Shown in pieces: positions 23,701-34,200 of a stretch of DNA of 64,000 bases. Where the stretch lies: contig CP000067.1 of the NCBI GenBank assembly GCA_000002445.1, positions 1,440,001 through 1,504,000 of the forward strand. Direction: 5' to 3'. How positions within the stretch are numbered: the stretch's first letter is position 1; each line of letters starts with the position of its first letter. This DNA comes from Trypanosoma brucei. Its lineage: Eukaryota. The notes beneath the pieces are model-generated. The model had not been told where the DNA came from. It made no database searches and saw nothing but the letters and a program-made list of their open reading frames with translations. Position numbers and translations under genes: made by a program.

Positions 23701-25137
23701 CAAGCGCCAAGTCATATCAACAGTCACGCCAGCTGACGCGGAATCACACTTCCCAGTGAAGCGTAAGTTGTGCACCTCGCCATTGTTACATGCTGCCAGC
23801 ACCGATCGCCCACCATTCACTGCCCATCGCAAGTTAGTCACGGCACAAGCGAATATATCCGAGGAGGCTGCGGTTTCAAGAAGTCCATCTGCCACCTCAA
23901 TGAAATGGACTACATTTTTGTCACATACAGCTAAGAGTGAAACTCCGTCAGATGTGCAAGCGGTCAAGGGACAGTCACTTACCTTCATCTGGGAAACAAC
24001 ACTAACGGTATTTTCCACTGTGAAGGAACGGACGAACCCGCTGTCATATACGACTACCGCTACGGAGCCCACGACGCACGCATCTACAACTTTCTCGGGA
24101 AATCTGACAGGGGTGTGCCCTGCTGTATTCGTGTCCTGATCATAAGTAACGAGACTCCCATCTAAACACACTATCACGACGAGACCTCCCAACACCAGAA
24201 GCTTCACAGTGTCGGAGGCGCTCCGGCGTCGAACAAAAACAGACTGCGCGGTGTCCACAGAAATTTTTGTTACATCGGTACTGGTTGCAACTAAAACATC
24301 ATTTACGTCTGGTAACGTCAGTAAACGAACTACCGAACGACCTAATCTCACAAGCAGCCGTTGTGCCTTCTGATCAATATTGTAAGTAAACACATCACCA
24401 CACTCCGTTCCAATGAATAAAAGAGTCCCGTTTTGCAGTAGAGCAGTAACATTGTGAGGTGTTTCGCAGTTTATATAATTCTTCATATCTGTTCTCAGCT
24501 CGTCCAAGAGAACTACCTGCCCCCTACCAGCACCGCAGTACAGACCCTCAGTGCCCCATACGCAAGAGTGAAAATAGTGTCCCTTCGAACTCAATGTGAG
24601 AATACTTGGTACAAATGTGGCCGAATCCATGTTGCACGCAATTCGAACACCGTGTGGTTCCAAAACGGCTATACAGTCATGCCGATGCAACGGAAACGTT
24701 AAGTGCTTGCAGAAGACACCGCCTAGCTCGGTCGAGGCACATTTCACCAATCTGTTGCCGCGAGCGGCTGAATAAAAAGTAACACAAGTTGTTGGTATAC
24801 ATGTTAGAAGGGCTAACATTTCTCCATCACTCGAGAATAACATGTGCTGCACATCCACGGTCGCAACATTATCAATACACTGCAGGTGGTGACGTTCTGG
24901 AAATCGGAAAACGTGCAGCGACACATCCAGCTTCACCTCAGTTACGCACAGCAAACCTGCAGAGGGTGAAAACGCCAGCGCACCGATCGCGTAGCGGCCT
25001 TCACAAGGGATCCACTGGGACGACTCTTCCTTGCGTCGGATAACGATGCCACCCCCCGCTCCTAGGAGAAAGTCGTCACCCGCAGCGACGAGAGCAGAGG
25101 GAGAGTTGAACCCTAGAATGCGCGCGTTGGTTGCCAT
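20755..25137 (-). CDS. Large WD40-repeat plus C-terminal coiled-coil protein, 1460 aa; architecture of cilia/flagella-associated protein 43/44 (CFAP43-like)
   Basis: The N-terminal ~700 aa carry repeated beta-propeller-like blocks. The C-terminal ~750 aa are heptad-rich coiled coil. In T. brucei the CFAP43 orthologue is reported next to an NRK kinase, and this ORF is next to one here. The orthologue assignment is from memory and is not verified. Confidence 0.65.
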   Translation of the reverse strand: MATNARILGFNSPSALVAAGDDFLLGAGGGIVIRRKEESSQWIPCEGRYAIGALAFSPSAGLLCVTEVKLDVSLHVFRFPERHHLQCIDNVATVDVQHMLFSSDGEMLALLTCIPTTCVTFYSAARGNRLVKCASTELGGVFCKHLTFPLHRHDCIAVLEPHGVRIACNMDSATFVPSILTLSSKGHYFHSCVWGTEGLYCGAGRGQVVLLDELRTDMKNYINCETPHNVTALLQNGTLLFIGTECGDVFTYNIDQKAQRLLVRLGRSVVRLLTLPDVNDVLVATSTDVTKISVDTAQSVFVRRRSASDTVKLLVLGGLVVIVCLDGSLVTYDQDTNTAGHTPVRFPEKVVDACVVGSVAVVVYDSGFVRSFTVENTVSVVSQMKVSDCPLTACTSDGVSLLAVCDKNVVHFIEVADGLLETAASSDIFACAVTNLRWAVNGGRSVLAACNNGEVHNLRFTGKCDSASAGVTVDMTWRLDFPVNDFLPLYGDGDVINIFVHSVDKDTKMYALERQRVKESKPLRPYFLMRDHECGGNVLQRLGGDSIISAGGDGRVVVRDISHYLMKLPPVPPTKEKKHPLKEFLLRPFGRGGITCLSVWNAAGGFVCGGNDSVVHLVPVGKSPIHYSWSEPFWHQRAISTSPSRASSPSDAETLSAERSRCRIISALADLRMEVEKLLQERTPTVRAEDFLLPEQRQAFNEECEMEIHKAREDDYYSLVHNEFVQHTIKTECWDVMEVQRSKIVSMTDPETEVHNFHLRKPCAQRAKIQKKIKLMRAIQIKTEECFTLSSLVKRAKEGNLCTEQQVCGPPSDVDELLYDTLDVYTGPRATIQLILLECKILHEKKSFNIRFDTLRERKSRELNLIAERNGRCVRIMQQLGEHTCPPNVLFTPVFDIEEDPQTVFEVFDSEIDPELLKLAVKSDDGELVVSPSDEAALKTWMDGLEKVTEVLRVNVPIPPFADNSLEQYVPPEERSDEQQRIFEEYEKEVAEQTVLINEKKELLRGEVAALVKANMTSAKAIDDEIDVLRTDRMLVAQLVDELELHQVNALCLFLLKKTIRNKFLGVKREEEDLLCRLRQLDSLYEYRLKLYLASEARVQDCIEEEKNMITDMRCLPPFTDPDWGERLNRRFTTWRSKYEDGLAKVPEPTRSGVVPIPLWEQYCQCCRAVVEARDKIIHLRGEADALNDEVVEVETEKKKAQFALDDKEKAEEACRKEVIEKVLDIQNLYTLQQGQVQDENAMVSDDFTDFSIRWVKNITDYNDLIFASFDEIRSLMSRSSQLRQSMKTCSWETERLLYCIGTLEMELRQLHTLRVTRQMQETIHTGAVTSLEREINKMDARIEAVRSVMSKKVEERNRVISKLKMQINDRRAENQYLNNQVQALTNSVEDKKAVWGMLGEHNNDKDRLRERMRELYENSELEELARCQQEELVRLKNEVDRLREATFPSFAVVTRRTAR

Positions 25138-25472
25138 CTAATATAAAAGTACACTGCGTAATAATACCCTATAATGTTTGGCACGGAGCGCGCGGATGGA
25201 GCAACAACGAAAGTTTATGAACCGAACAGGGAGTGACGCCACCAAAAACAGTTTTCTTTTGGGCTCGTATATAGCCCAAGCTGCCACAAAAGCAACACAG
25301 AGTGTTGATACCGGACACACATACGCGCAAACAAACAAGCAAAAAAAGCAAACGAACAACTATAGATTACCCCCGCACTCCCATGTCTCTTCTAATAATT
25401 GAAAGAATAAAAATATGTATTCACAGCAATAAAAAAATAATTAAAACAATCGTTAAGCAAGCGAAAGCACGT

Positions 25473-26768
25473 TTAGGCGACACCTATACCACGTTGAATC
25501 GCGTGAACCCACATTTCCATGTCCCCATGTGATACAGCCTGAAACCACATACCCTTTCCGCCGACCGTATTGAGGGCAAACACAAAATCTCTCTTTGCAG
25601 TACTGTGAGGCACCGGGCAAGCACCCTGCACTTGTTCAAGGTTTAGGCCTTTTGGATTATTTCCTTCTTCATCATCTGTTAGAATGAGCTGTCCGCGAAC
25701 AATCTGCAAAACCCTCGGTTTCCACGACTTCCCGTTTCCACCACCCAGTTTGTTTACATGTCCCCGGTGTGTAACGTCGTAGTTAATTTGTGATTCCAGG
25801 AAACGATGTGCATCAGGGCTCACTTCCGAGGATAAGATTTCGCTGACCTGTGATACGAGGACCTCCTTCACCGAGTCCAAAATTCGTTCGTTTTTCTTCA
25901 GTGCTTGCACAAATAGTTTAAGGCCCTTATTGATGTAAGGTATCTGGAAATTTTCCCTTACACTTGGTCTGTCATTAGGGTCCGCTACAAGGATACCATC
26001 AACAACATGCTTAAATCCGGACAAGAAGCTATCCGGCAAGGGAGCATATGTGCCAGCAAGAACCTTCGACATCAAACCTTTCAAATTACTTGCTGAAAAC
26101 GGTTTCTTCATGCCCATAATTTCGTACAATAAAACACCCAACGACCACACATCAGCCTTCTTATTGTACCTTTTATTATTCCACAGCTCTGGTGCCAGGT
26201 AGTACGGTGTGCCACAGAACGTACTTGCAACGACGCGTGATACGGTGTCTTCATATTGATGACTGAATCCAAAGTCTCCCAGTTTAACTAGTCCTGTAGA
26301 TGTGAGCAGCACATTGGCAGATTTGATATCGCGGTGCAGCATCTTATGGCTGTGGATGTAGTCAAGGGCAAGACACAGTTGTAAGAAGAGAAACAAGGCC
26401 TCGTGTTCTTGAAAGTAGCGCGCATCTCCTGTGCCCCGAAGCTTTATTTGCTCATCAAGGTTGCCTGAGTCAGCGAATTCCATGACAATAAGCAACCGAT
26501 CATTTTCCTCGTGGTCCTCAATGTAACGAATAATGTTTGGATGATTACAGTTGGCCAGACACTTGATTTCGCTCTGCGCGTACCGCTTATCCCGCTGAGA
26601 CATCTTGCTTAAACCCATGACTTTTGCTACACAAAGAGACCCATCCTCCACGCTCTCCGCTACATATGCTTCACCATAGGAACCCAATCCTACAATCCCT
26701 TTGTTCAGGTATTTACACCGACCACCGCTGCCGTCGGTTCCAAGGATCGTCGAGAACGGTTCGGCCAT
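25473..26768 (-). CDS. NEK-family (NRK-type) serine/threonine protein kinase with a C-terminal PH domain; paralogue of 1877-3199
   Basis: The 431-aa ORF has GLGSYGEAYVA, VAK, HRDIKSANVLL, DFGFS and GTPYYLAPE. The C-terminal region is PH-like (…DFVFALNTVGGKGMWFQAVSHGDMEMWVHAIQ). Confidence 0.9.
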   Translation of the reverse strand: MAEPFSTILGTDGSGGRCKYLNKGIVGLGSYGEAYVAESVEDGSLCVAKVMGLSKMSQRDKRYAQSEIKCLANCNHPNIIRYIEDHEENDRLLIVMEFADSGNLDEQIKLRGTGDARYFQEHEALFLFLQLCLALDYIHSHKMLHRDIKSANVLLTSTGLVKLGDFGFSHQYEDTVSRVVASTFCGTPYYLAPELWNNKRYNKKADVWSLGVLLYEIMGMKKPFSASNLKGLMSKVLAGTYAPLPDSFLSGFKHVVDGILVADPNDRPSVRENFQIPYINKGLKLFVQALKKNERILDSVKEVLVSQVSEILSSEVSPDAHRFLESQINYDVTHRGHVNKLGGGNGKSWKPRVLQIVRGQLILTDDEEGNNPKGLNLEQVQGACPVPHSTAKRDFVFALNTVGGKGMWFQAVSHGDMEMWVHAIQRGIGVA

Positions 26769-29700
26769 CGAAACTCTACATAATGATGGCCGCTGACGGT
26801 GGACTGAGCGCCCAAGGGTTGGTTACCACAGGGAAATTGCAAGCAGCAACCACAATCCACTTTGGAAGAACGCGCCGAACAACACACAAACCCCCAAAAC
26901 GACTGCTGTGTCCACAGGAAAATTTCACCCACAACAAGCACTGAGGATGTTTTGTACTACGAAGGTTACGGATCTGGGACGCGCAACACAAACAAATCAA
27001 TACTATACATCTGGCTGAACCTCTAAAGTTTGTCAGGCGTCCGTAACGGATTTAGTTACACACAATTGGGCCTTCAGCCAACCATTTCGGTCACCTGTCA
27101 AAAACTGGAGCGAGAAAGTTAACAAGGGCAACCACATGCTACTCAATTGATAGCTACCACTTGTGAGTGGGGGAAGTCTTCTCAGTGGAACTGATGAAGG
27201 CTTAACACCAAATAACATGCGAGAGACATTGAAAGGATTCACACTACACGGCAAAATAAAGCGTGAGTGGGTTGGTCGGAGTTGCGCCCGCGTTCAGGTA
27301 GTAGTGGGTCGTTTTTCGTTATTTAACCTTGCCATATGTTCTTAGCAAATGACTCGGTACCACCTCATAAATAAATGCGTAAATAGCAACCGCCACCTTT
27401 CAGGAAATTTTGGAGAAGGGCAAACAAGTAGGTGTAGAACTTCGACATATTGAAGCTCGATAACCCCCCTGAGATTCACCTCAGTACCTACCTTACCCTC
27501 TTTTAACAATTTATGTCAAAAGGTCGTAGCAGAGATATTCAATAAACGTAGATAATGGCATTTCTCTGTACAAATACACAACCAACAAGCTGTCATTAAA
27601 GATCCTTTACACCATAAAAGTTAATCATTTTTAGTTGTCTAATTGATAAAAATATATATATTGTAAATCTCAATAAGCATAAAACCACCTACAGGTGCCA
27701 GCGCTCTGTGTGGCGTACGTACTTGGGGGAAATGTCACTCGTAACTGCATATGTACATTTATGCATCAAACAAGCACGTTGCAATTCACCAAACGCCAGG
27801 CCCAGCCAAGCCCTTGAGTCAGAACACATGGTGGCAAAAGCAAAACCTCAATCCCTTATAGATACATAACAGCATACATTACTGCTCAAAGTACTTAAAT
27901 TATTGCCGCGAACGAAATTCAGCCAGTTCGAGAGGGGAAGGAAAAGAAACGTGCGCACCAGCAACGGTACTTTAAGTACTTCCTCATGACGGACCGTGGA
28001 CCGCAACCCGACAATAGATAATCTTACCGATATATGGTGTCGAAGGACCTGCTAACAGACCAACTTAGCCACCGCACAAACACGACAACCGCAAATTAAG
28101 AGGGGGACCAATATGCGTTAGCGACATGCCTATTGAAATGCCATCAACAGGAAGAGCAAAATATCTTTCCACGAGAGTGTTCTCACGCAACTATCAATGG
28201 CACGGCATTGAGAGAAATGTTTAAAAACTGGACACATGCACAGTTCGACTCAGACGTATATCGCAGAACGCAGTATCTTCAAATATGAGTCATCACTTAA
28301 ACTCATAGAGCAACAAAAACAGTTAAGTAAATAAACCTCCTTGTACACGTTGATAAAACCTTTTGTTGGTGAATGGTAACCCACCAAATGCACAGAATGC
28401 ATGCAAAGCGAACTTCAAGCGCAACAAAATATGTACAAGTACAGTTATCAAACACAACTGGCACTCTTTCGACAGTTATTAACGATGGACCACCACGCTG
28501 ACGGACAGCAATGACACGGCTCACGGAAGTGTTTTCTCACACCGCTTCGCACCGTGAAGGGCGGTCTGCCAAACGCTCGCCGCGGCAGAGACGCGAAAAG
28601 GGACCGCTCTAACAACCACCCCAGTCCGGTGCACGCCGCCTCCCTCCTGACACTTGACATAGCTAGCAGGTGACATGCTCAGAAGAAGTGACGTGTAACG
28701 GACCCTTTCACCCCTTTCTGTCGACGAGCTTGAGCTCCCAGCGTTAGCTCACAGTGACGGAAGAAGCTGTTGGGGTGCCTTCACATCAATAGTAGCAATT
28801 CTTTCTCGTAAAAAAAAAACGTCCGTTAAGCCAGAGCGCCTCTCGAATTCGAAGCGACACTGGTTGGCTTCAATCCATCACGTTACCCTCCTCCGTATCA
28901 CCCGCGTTGGTATGTTCTTCCACGAGGCTGCCATTTTTTAAAAGTATGCGTAGAAAGAGGCTTGTAGTAAATTCAGATTTCACCACAGACCTGTTGGAGG
29001 CAAAATACACCAGCAGCAAACGGGCAACCGAGTTCCCCATTGAAGAACGGGACAATTGACACATAGGCGCAAGACAGGAATCACGCGCCTCCTCAAGGGA
29101 GGCCGCCGCACCGCCGAGTAGGTAAGCACTCGCGGCGGCGTTGCAAGAATCTGATGCCGCTTGGACACGGCAGTTGCCTTCATGATTAGCGTGAGGGGAC
29201 GCCCAGTGGCGAAATGACTGCAGTTGCCGCCGCCGCAGTTTTCGTTGCGTTAGTCCCCACGTCACCCAGCCACGGTGTTGCAGGTCGCCCTCGACTCGAT
29301 TTTGCAGTGTAGTCGAAACAACCGCGCTCCGAGGTGTTTGACGCACCCACCAACTTTCCTAACCAGGGAGTCTGCACCTGCGAGCCTGACTTGCAGCTAT
29401 CTCTGCTATCCTCAGCCGCGCGTTGCCTTTATAGTGATTGGACCGCTATCTAGGAAAGAAGCGCTCCGTCATGCGCGGCAAGCTCCGTCCCCGCTCACGA
29501 TTTGGACCAATAAATCCCACAACCGAGTGTGCTCTAACGGTCCGCTGGATCATCATGTCCAGGAGAATCGGGGGAGGACTCTCCGTGTTTGTTACGGTGT
29601 AGCGCCGTTGCCTGTCCGACGGGGCTCGGCATCTGCCTCTCCCCTCCCACTGTAGAAAACGTTGTGCTTATTAGCCGAGCGCGCAACAGCGGCTTGAGGC

Positions 29701-30559
29701 CTAGTTTGGAGCGGCGGTCCGAGTTTCATCGTCTAACCCCGACGACGGAACATCACGCAGCAAAAGACAATCGCGATTTCTTGTGATTGCGTCGTTGCAT
29801 ATTCAACGCTCGCCAATGCCACGGTGTACATAGGTACGGAGCTGCCGCATTCTTTTTGTATACGGTTAACCGTGAGCCCCCATATCCCGCATTCCACGCC
29901 GATGTCGTCCACCTCAGCTTTTCACCCGGGTCCCATTCCCTATCAGGCTGAGAGAAACCAAGAACCAGCGGCGTGCCTCATACGCAAACCCTTCCGCTCC
30001 AACCATTATGGCATACCTGCAGGGTGCGGGAATCCCTGCCATGCCGGACTGCTGTTTGCTCTTCGCCGGTCCCCACCGTCGTACGAATATCCGGCTCAAT
30101 CTATCGTCACCCTCTGGGGCGGTGACCCGCAGGCCTAATGGAAAGAAGTCACTGGTGAGGCAAGGGGAAAGCTCGTAAAAGTATATATATTAATTTTTTT
30201 CCTTCAACGGGAAGTAGTATACGTAAAAGAAAACCTGCATTGCCACAAAGCCAGCACGCAGTTACTGTGCGGAGGTTGTGCCAATGAAAATGGGGTTGGG
30301 TATGCCCCCGGGGAAAATAAGTTGCGTGTGATGCGTAGATGGCAAAAGCGGCAATGTTCACAAGTCCTGCGCCATTTCCCTCTCTGGGGTCAAAGGTGAC
30401 CCATACTTAGGTCCAAGATGGAACCGACCACCGCGTATGGAAGGGTGATTTTCATAGTAAAAAGAATGAGGTGATTTCTATGCAGCTTATTTTCTTCCAC
30501 CACGTTGTTTGGAAAGACAGTGCAATAGCAGATGAGATTGCAGTGGAAGAAACAACTGT

Positions 30560-31200
30560 AGAATGACACACCTAATATGTAAAATTGATGTTTTGGTGGG
30601 AGACATAAAGCAGAAGCGTAACGAGGGATATGCTGCGCTCGAAGCTGGATTAGGGCCAAGCACGCGCAGGAGAAACTTTCTCGGTCACATCGAGTCTCTA
30701 CTAAAGAAGCGATCGCATGCCGGAATAAAAGAAAGCCCGCCCTTTAACAATTTCATATTCGCACCCCCGAACCAACTTGGCGAGACCGGTGGAACAGCCT
30801 CGCTCCCTGATAAGTGTTTCAGCAAATGTCGATTGTGCAACCGCCAAATTGATGGCGTTGAAAAGGGGAAACAATACAACGAAGCGCTTACCAATGAATT
30901 AAGCACTTCGTTGAAAACTCCCAAGGCCAAGGCAGAGAGAGTTCGCGATCCAGTGACATCCCTGAATTGTAACTTTATCGTCCACTGATAAGGATCAACC
31001 ATGAGTGATATAGTTAAGGTACACGAGTGGGCAGAAGTGGCAGACGCATGGGAAGGCTTTAAAAGATGCTGTGAAATCCCTCGTGTGCGCCACGGATGCT
31101 ATCAATGTGTTTTGTGTGAGCGTGGCACTCCCCGGAAATGTGACAAACTTTAAAAAACATATGGACAGACATGAGGGAGGTTCAAACCAGAAGCGATGAA
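30560..31200 (+). mobile_element. Degenerate retroelement (ingi/DIRE-like) remnant carrying broken C2H2 zinc-finger coding sequence
   Basis: Translations give CFSKCRLCNRQIDGVEKGKQYNEAL and CYQCVLCERGTPRKCDKL(stop)KKHMDRHE. These resemble the C-x2-C…H-x3-H fingers of the ingi-like element at 47.5-49.9 kb, for example LQCPYCPMNCTLKKFLTMH. The region is GC-rich, has no long ORF and carries multiple stops. Confidence 0.3.
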
Positions 31201-34200
31201 CAAAACGAGGCGAAGAAGCCTAGGAATAATCTGGGAGAGTGCAAGGAAATGCTCACAAGGCCCAAAGAACAACCAGTTACAAACTGGTATAAGTGACACA
31301 TTTGCCTCTATCACTATAGGAAGAAAGATTTGACCCTGCCATTGGGAAGTGGTGGAAAATGCGACACTCCAGTGGGAAGCAGTGAATATGGCGATGAAGG
31401 GATAAGACTGGGAGAAGGAAATGCACGAAGGTGCCTCTTGCGCACGAATACTGAGTTTCTGAAACACCAGCTAAAACGACGCGTAGAAACCCGCCGTCAA
31501 GGGTGCAAGGACAGGGCCACGAGACTGGAAGAAAGCGATGAAAATAGTTTCCGTGGAGAGGGTGGAAAAAAGGAACGCTAAAACGGCGGAGGAGCAAAGA
31601 AGAGAGACCATAATTTGCCCTTGCCCTACCAAAGCATACCCAACGTCGGTGTCGCCAAAGTCTCATACCTCCAAACTTCATCCATATAATAAAGAGGGGG
31701 CCACAACGGCCGAGGGCGCGGGGGAAAGGACCGCGGACGACAAGGATACCAGGGGCGTGGAACGCGAAAATACGGCAAGCAGCAAAGGTAGCGTTTTTCG
31801 GTTCCACCACTGCCATGAAACTTGTCGTAAGCATCCGCAACCTCGCCAATACGTTGAGTCCAAACGCCGGGAGGCCATGAAGACATCTTAAAAGCGGGGA
31901 AAAATTATGGGAAGTTCAGTGGAGACGATCAAAAGATGTAAGGGCGGGGAACCGTAGAGGTGTGGAAATTGAGGGGACAGCGGGGGAAAATGTCAGGTCA
32001 GAGGAATACGCCGCCGAACACGCTGAAATCCAAATGCGGAAGGGATTTTGTGACGACCCATACGGGAGGCAGAGAGAGGATACGGGAACAAATTACTACA
32101 AAATAACCATCGAAGCAATGAGAAATACGGTGGGGCTTACCAAAGAGGGCGTGGTCAACCTTCAGGTGCAACATACAGGACGTGCTTGCGTGGTCTGACA
32201 AGGCGGTGAAGGAACGTGAAATATATCCCTGACTTCCGACGAAACAAGAGGCAGCGATGGATATCACAAAGTTTCAAATAGGAGACCGAGGAGCATACAA
32301 CGCTGACATGGCGACATGGCGAAGGTCGACGAGCAATGTAAGCGCGGAGCATGACTGAACATTTGCATGGCAGAAAGGCTTCGTCAGACACAGATGCAGA
32401 AAGAAAATGATGCGGCAGAGGTTAAGGACCAAGTAAAACACGACACAGCATATGGGGGGAAATGTCAAGCAAGATCTGTTGTGTAATTTCTTTTTCAATA
32501 AAATTGGAAGTTATGTTGTGTGGACGGTGAGTATGATATGCGAGGAGGGCAGTTGCGGAAAGGCTGAATGAAAATGACTGCTGTTGTGCTCCGTCGGGCA
32601 AAGCCGCTGCTGGCTCAGAAGATATAGCAAAAGAATATCGTAAATTCATGAATAGCACATACAACCTCAAAGTATGCGGCAAGAATTCTGACGGCAAAGC
32701 CGCCACCAGCACGGTAAAAGACTGCAACCCTCAAAACCATACCACAGTTATGATATGATTTCCCGCCCAATATGACAGTATACTTTTTGACATGCAGGAC
32801 CTGAAGAAAAGGGAGATAATAGATGAGTAAAAGACAGTAAATCAAGAAGTTGAAGAAACAAAGGTGATAGTTGCTAGAAACACCTCACGAAAGCCGGAGA
32901 GCCTTCGCGGATTCAGTATGTCCTACTTGATGCAGGGGGCGGTAATCTAACGCACACACGGTAGCACGATCCTGGAATTGTCATCGCCCCAGGAACAACT
33001 ACGGATGGAGGCACAAAGAGGTGAAACATAACAACGGAAAGCAGGCGGCGTTCAGGGTACTATTTGAAACTCCTCAGACAAGCCAGACTTACGTGGTGCA
33101 AAAACAAAAAATAGTGCACAGTCGGGAAGGGAAGTGAAGGGAGGTTCGCAACAACGGAAGAACAGAATACCGAGAGACGATCAGGCACTTCCTCCAATAC
33201 AAGAAACTCGTGCAATTCATCATGATATAGCTTCCAGCATTCAGTTCAGAAGGACAGTTAAGCCACAAAACAACGGCCACATAGACACAGGCGAGAAACA
33301 GTAAAACCCAGAGGGTGACAAAACATCTCGTTGCCAAGCGACCGAAACAAACCGAAATGTTGTGCCACTAAACGGGGATTAAGGTTCACTCGGCACTAAA
33401 GAATATATGCAGGGTAGCAGGAACCTGCATACGAATACACATGAAGGTAGGGGGAACGTTCTACTACTTGCTTGACAATTCTGTGGCCAAGCTGCTGAAG
33501 CTGTTCTCAAGGAACTCGGCACATGGAGAGTAAATGTACAGGAAGAGGGGGGAAAAGTTTCTCTGGAAGTGGTTGTCCGTTTCGGGAGTCAAACGTTGCT
33601 TAGGGTTCTGGATCTTTGAATATTCTTTAGAGATTATGACGGTCGCAAGCGTAGGTATGTTCTTCCGCTGTACCCTGGTCTAGTGGTCAAGTAGCGTCCG
33701 CGTCACAGATAGTACAGGGATCGGTCCCCGCGGCCGGCGAGTATTTAGCTTACACTAAGGATGAATCTGCCTCAACGTGGCGCTAGGGTTCAGGAACAGA
33801 AAAGAAATAAACTGGGAAGTCAAATGTTCCATCCAAACGGCGGCCGCAACACCGGATCTGACGCGCCCGCTCCGTGGGGAGAGAACTATTACTAAGTATT
33901 CCACGGTCCAGCGCCCTGCTCTGGTGTGGGAACCCTAATCCCTTATACAACTTCCGTCCGGGGAGGCAGATGGATATGGTAAACATGGTTCAAACGCAAC
34001 GTGGGAGGATCGAACGGGCGCCAAATGGAGACCGACCCCCTAGACACACGCACATACGGTCACCCAGCCGTGGGTGTCAATTCTCCAAGAAAAAAACAGG
34101 TGGTTTTAGTGGGTAGAAATGACAATCTCCAGAGCTGACCCCCACACTACCACGTTATCGTGGCGTGGTGTGCGTAAATGCATTTTCTCTTTGCCCTCGG

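Noticed and set aside
28600-30200. The GC-rich structured-looking island as a 7SL/SRP RNA or rRNA fragment
   Set aside because: I found no match to the conserved SRP S-domain motifs (GNRA helix-8 loop, GGAAGCAGC-type) or to 5S rRNA. The GC-richness is equally consistent with retroelement debris.
33655-33740. A tRNA-like stretch (…ctggtctagtggtcaag…cagggatcggtccccgcggccgg…) carrying a D-loop-like TAGTGGT and a T-arm-like GGATCGGTCCCC inside the strand-switch region
   Set aside because: I could not build a consistent cloverleaf on either strand. The acceptor stems do not pair, and no anticodon stem of 5 bp plus a 7-nt loop is present. Its 9-nt similarity to the ingi 5' end (GGTCAAGTA) is at chance level. 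A covariance-model scan would be needed to settle it.
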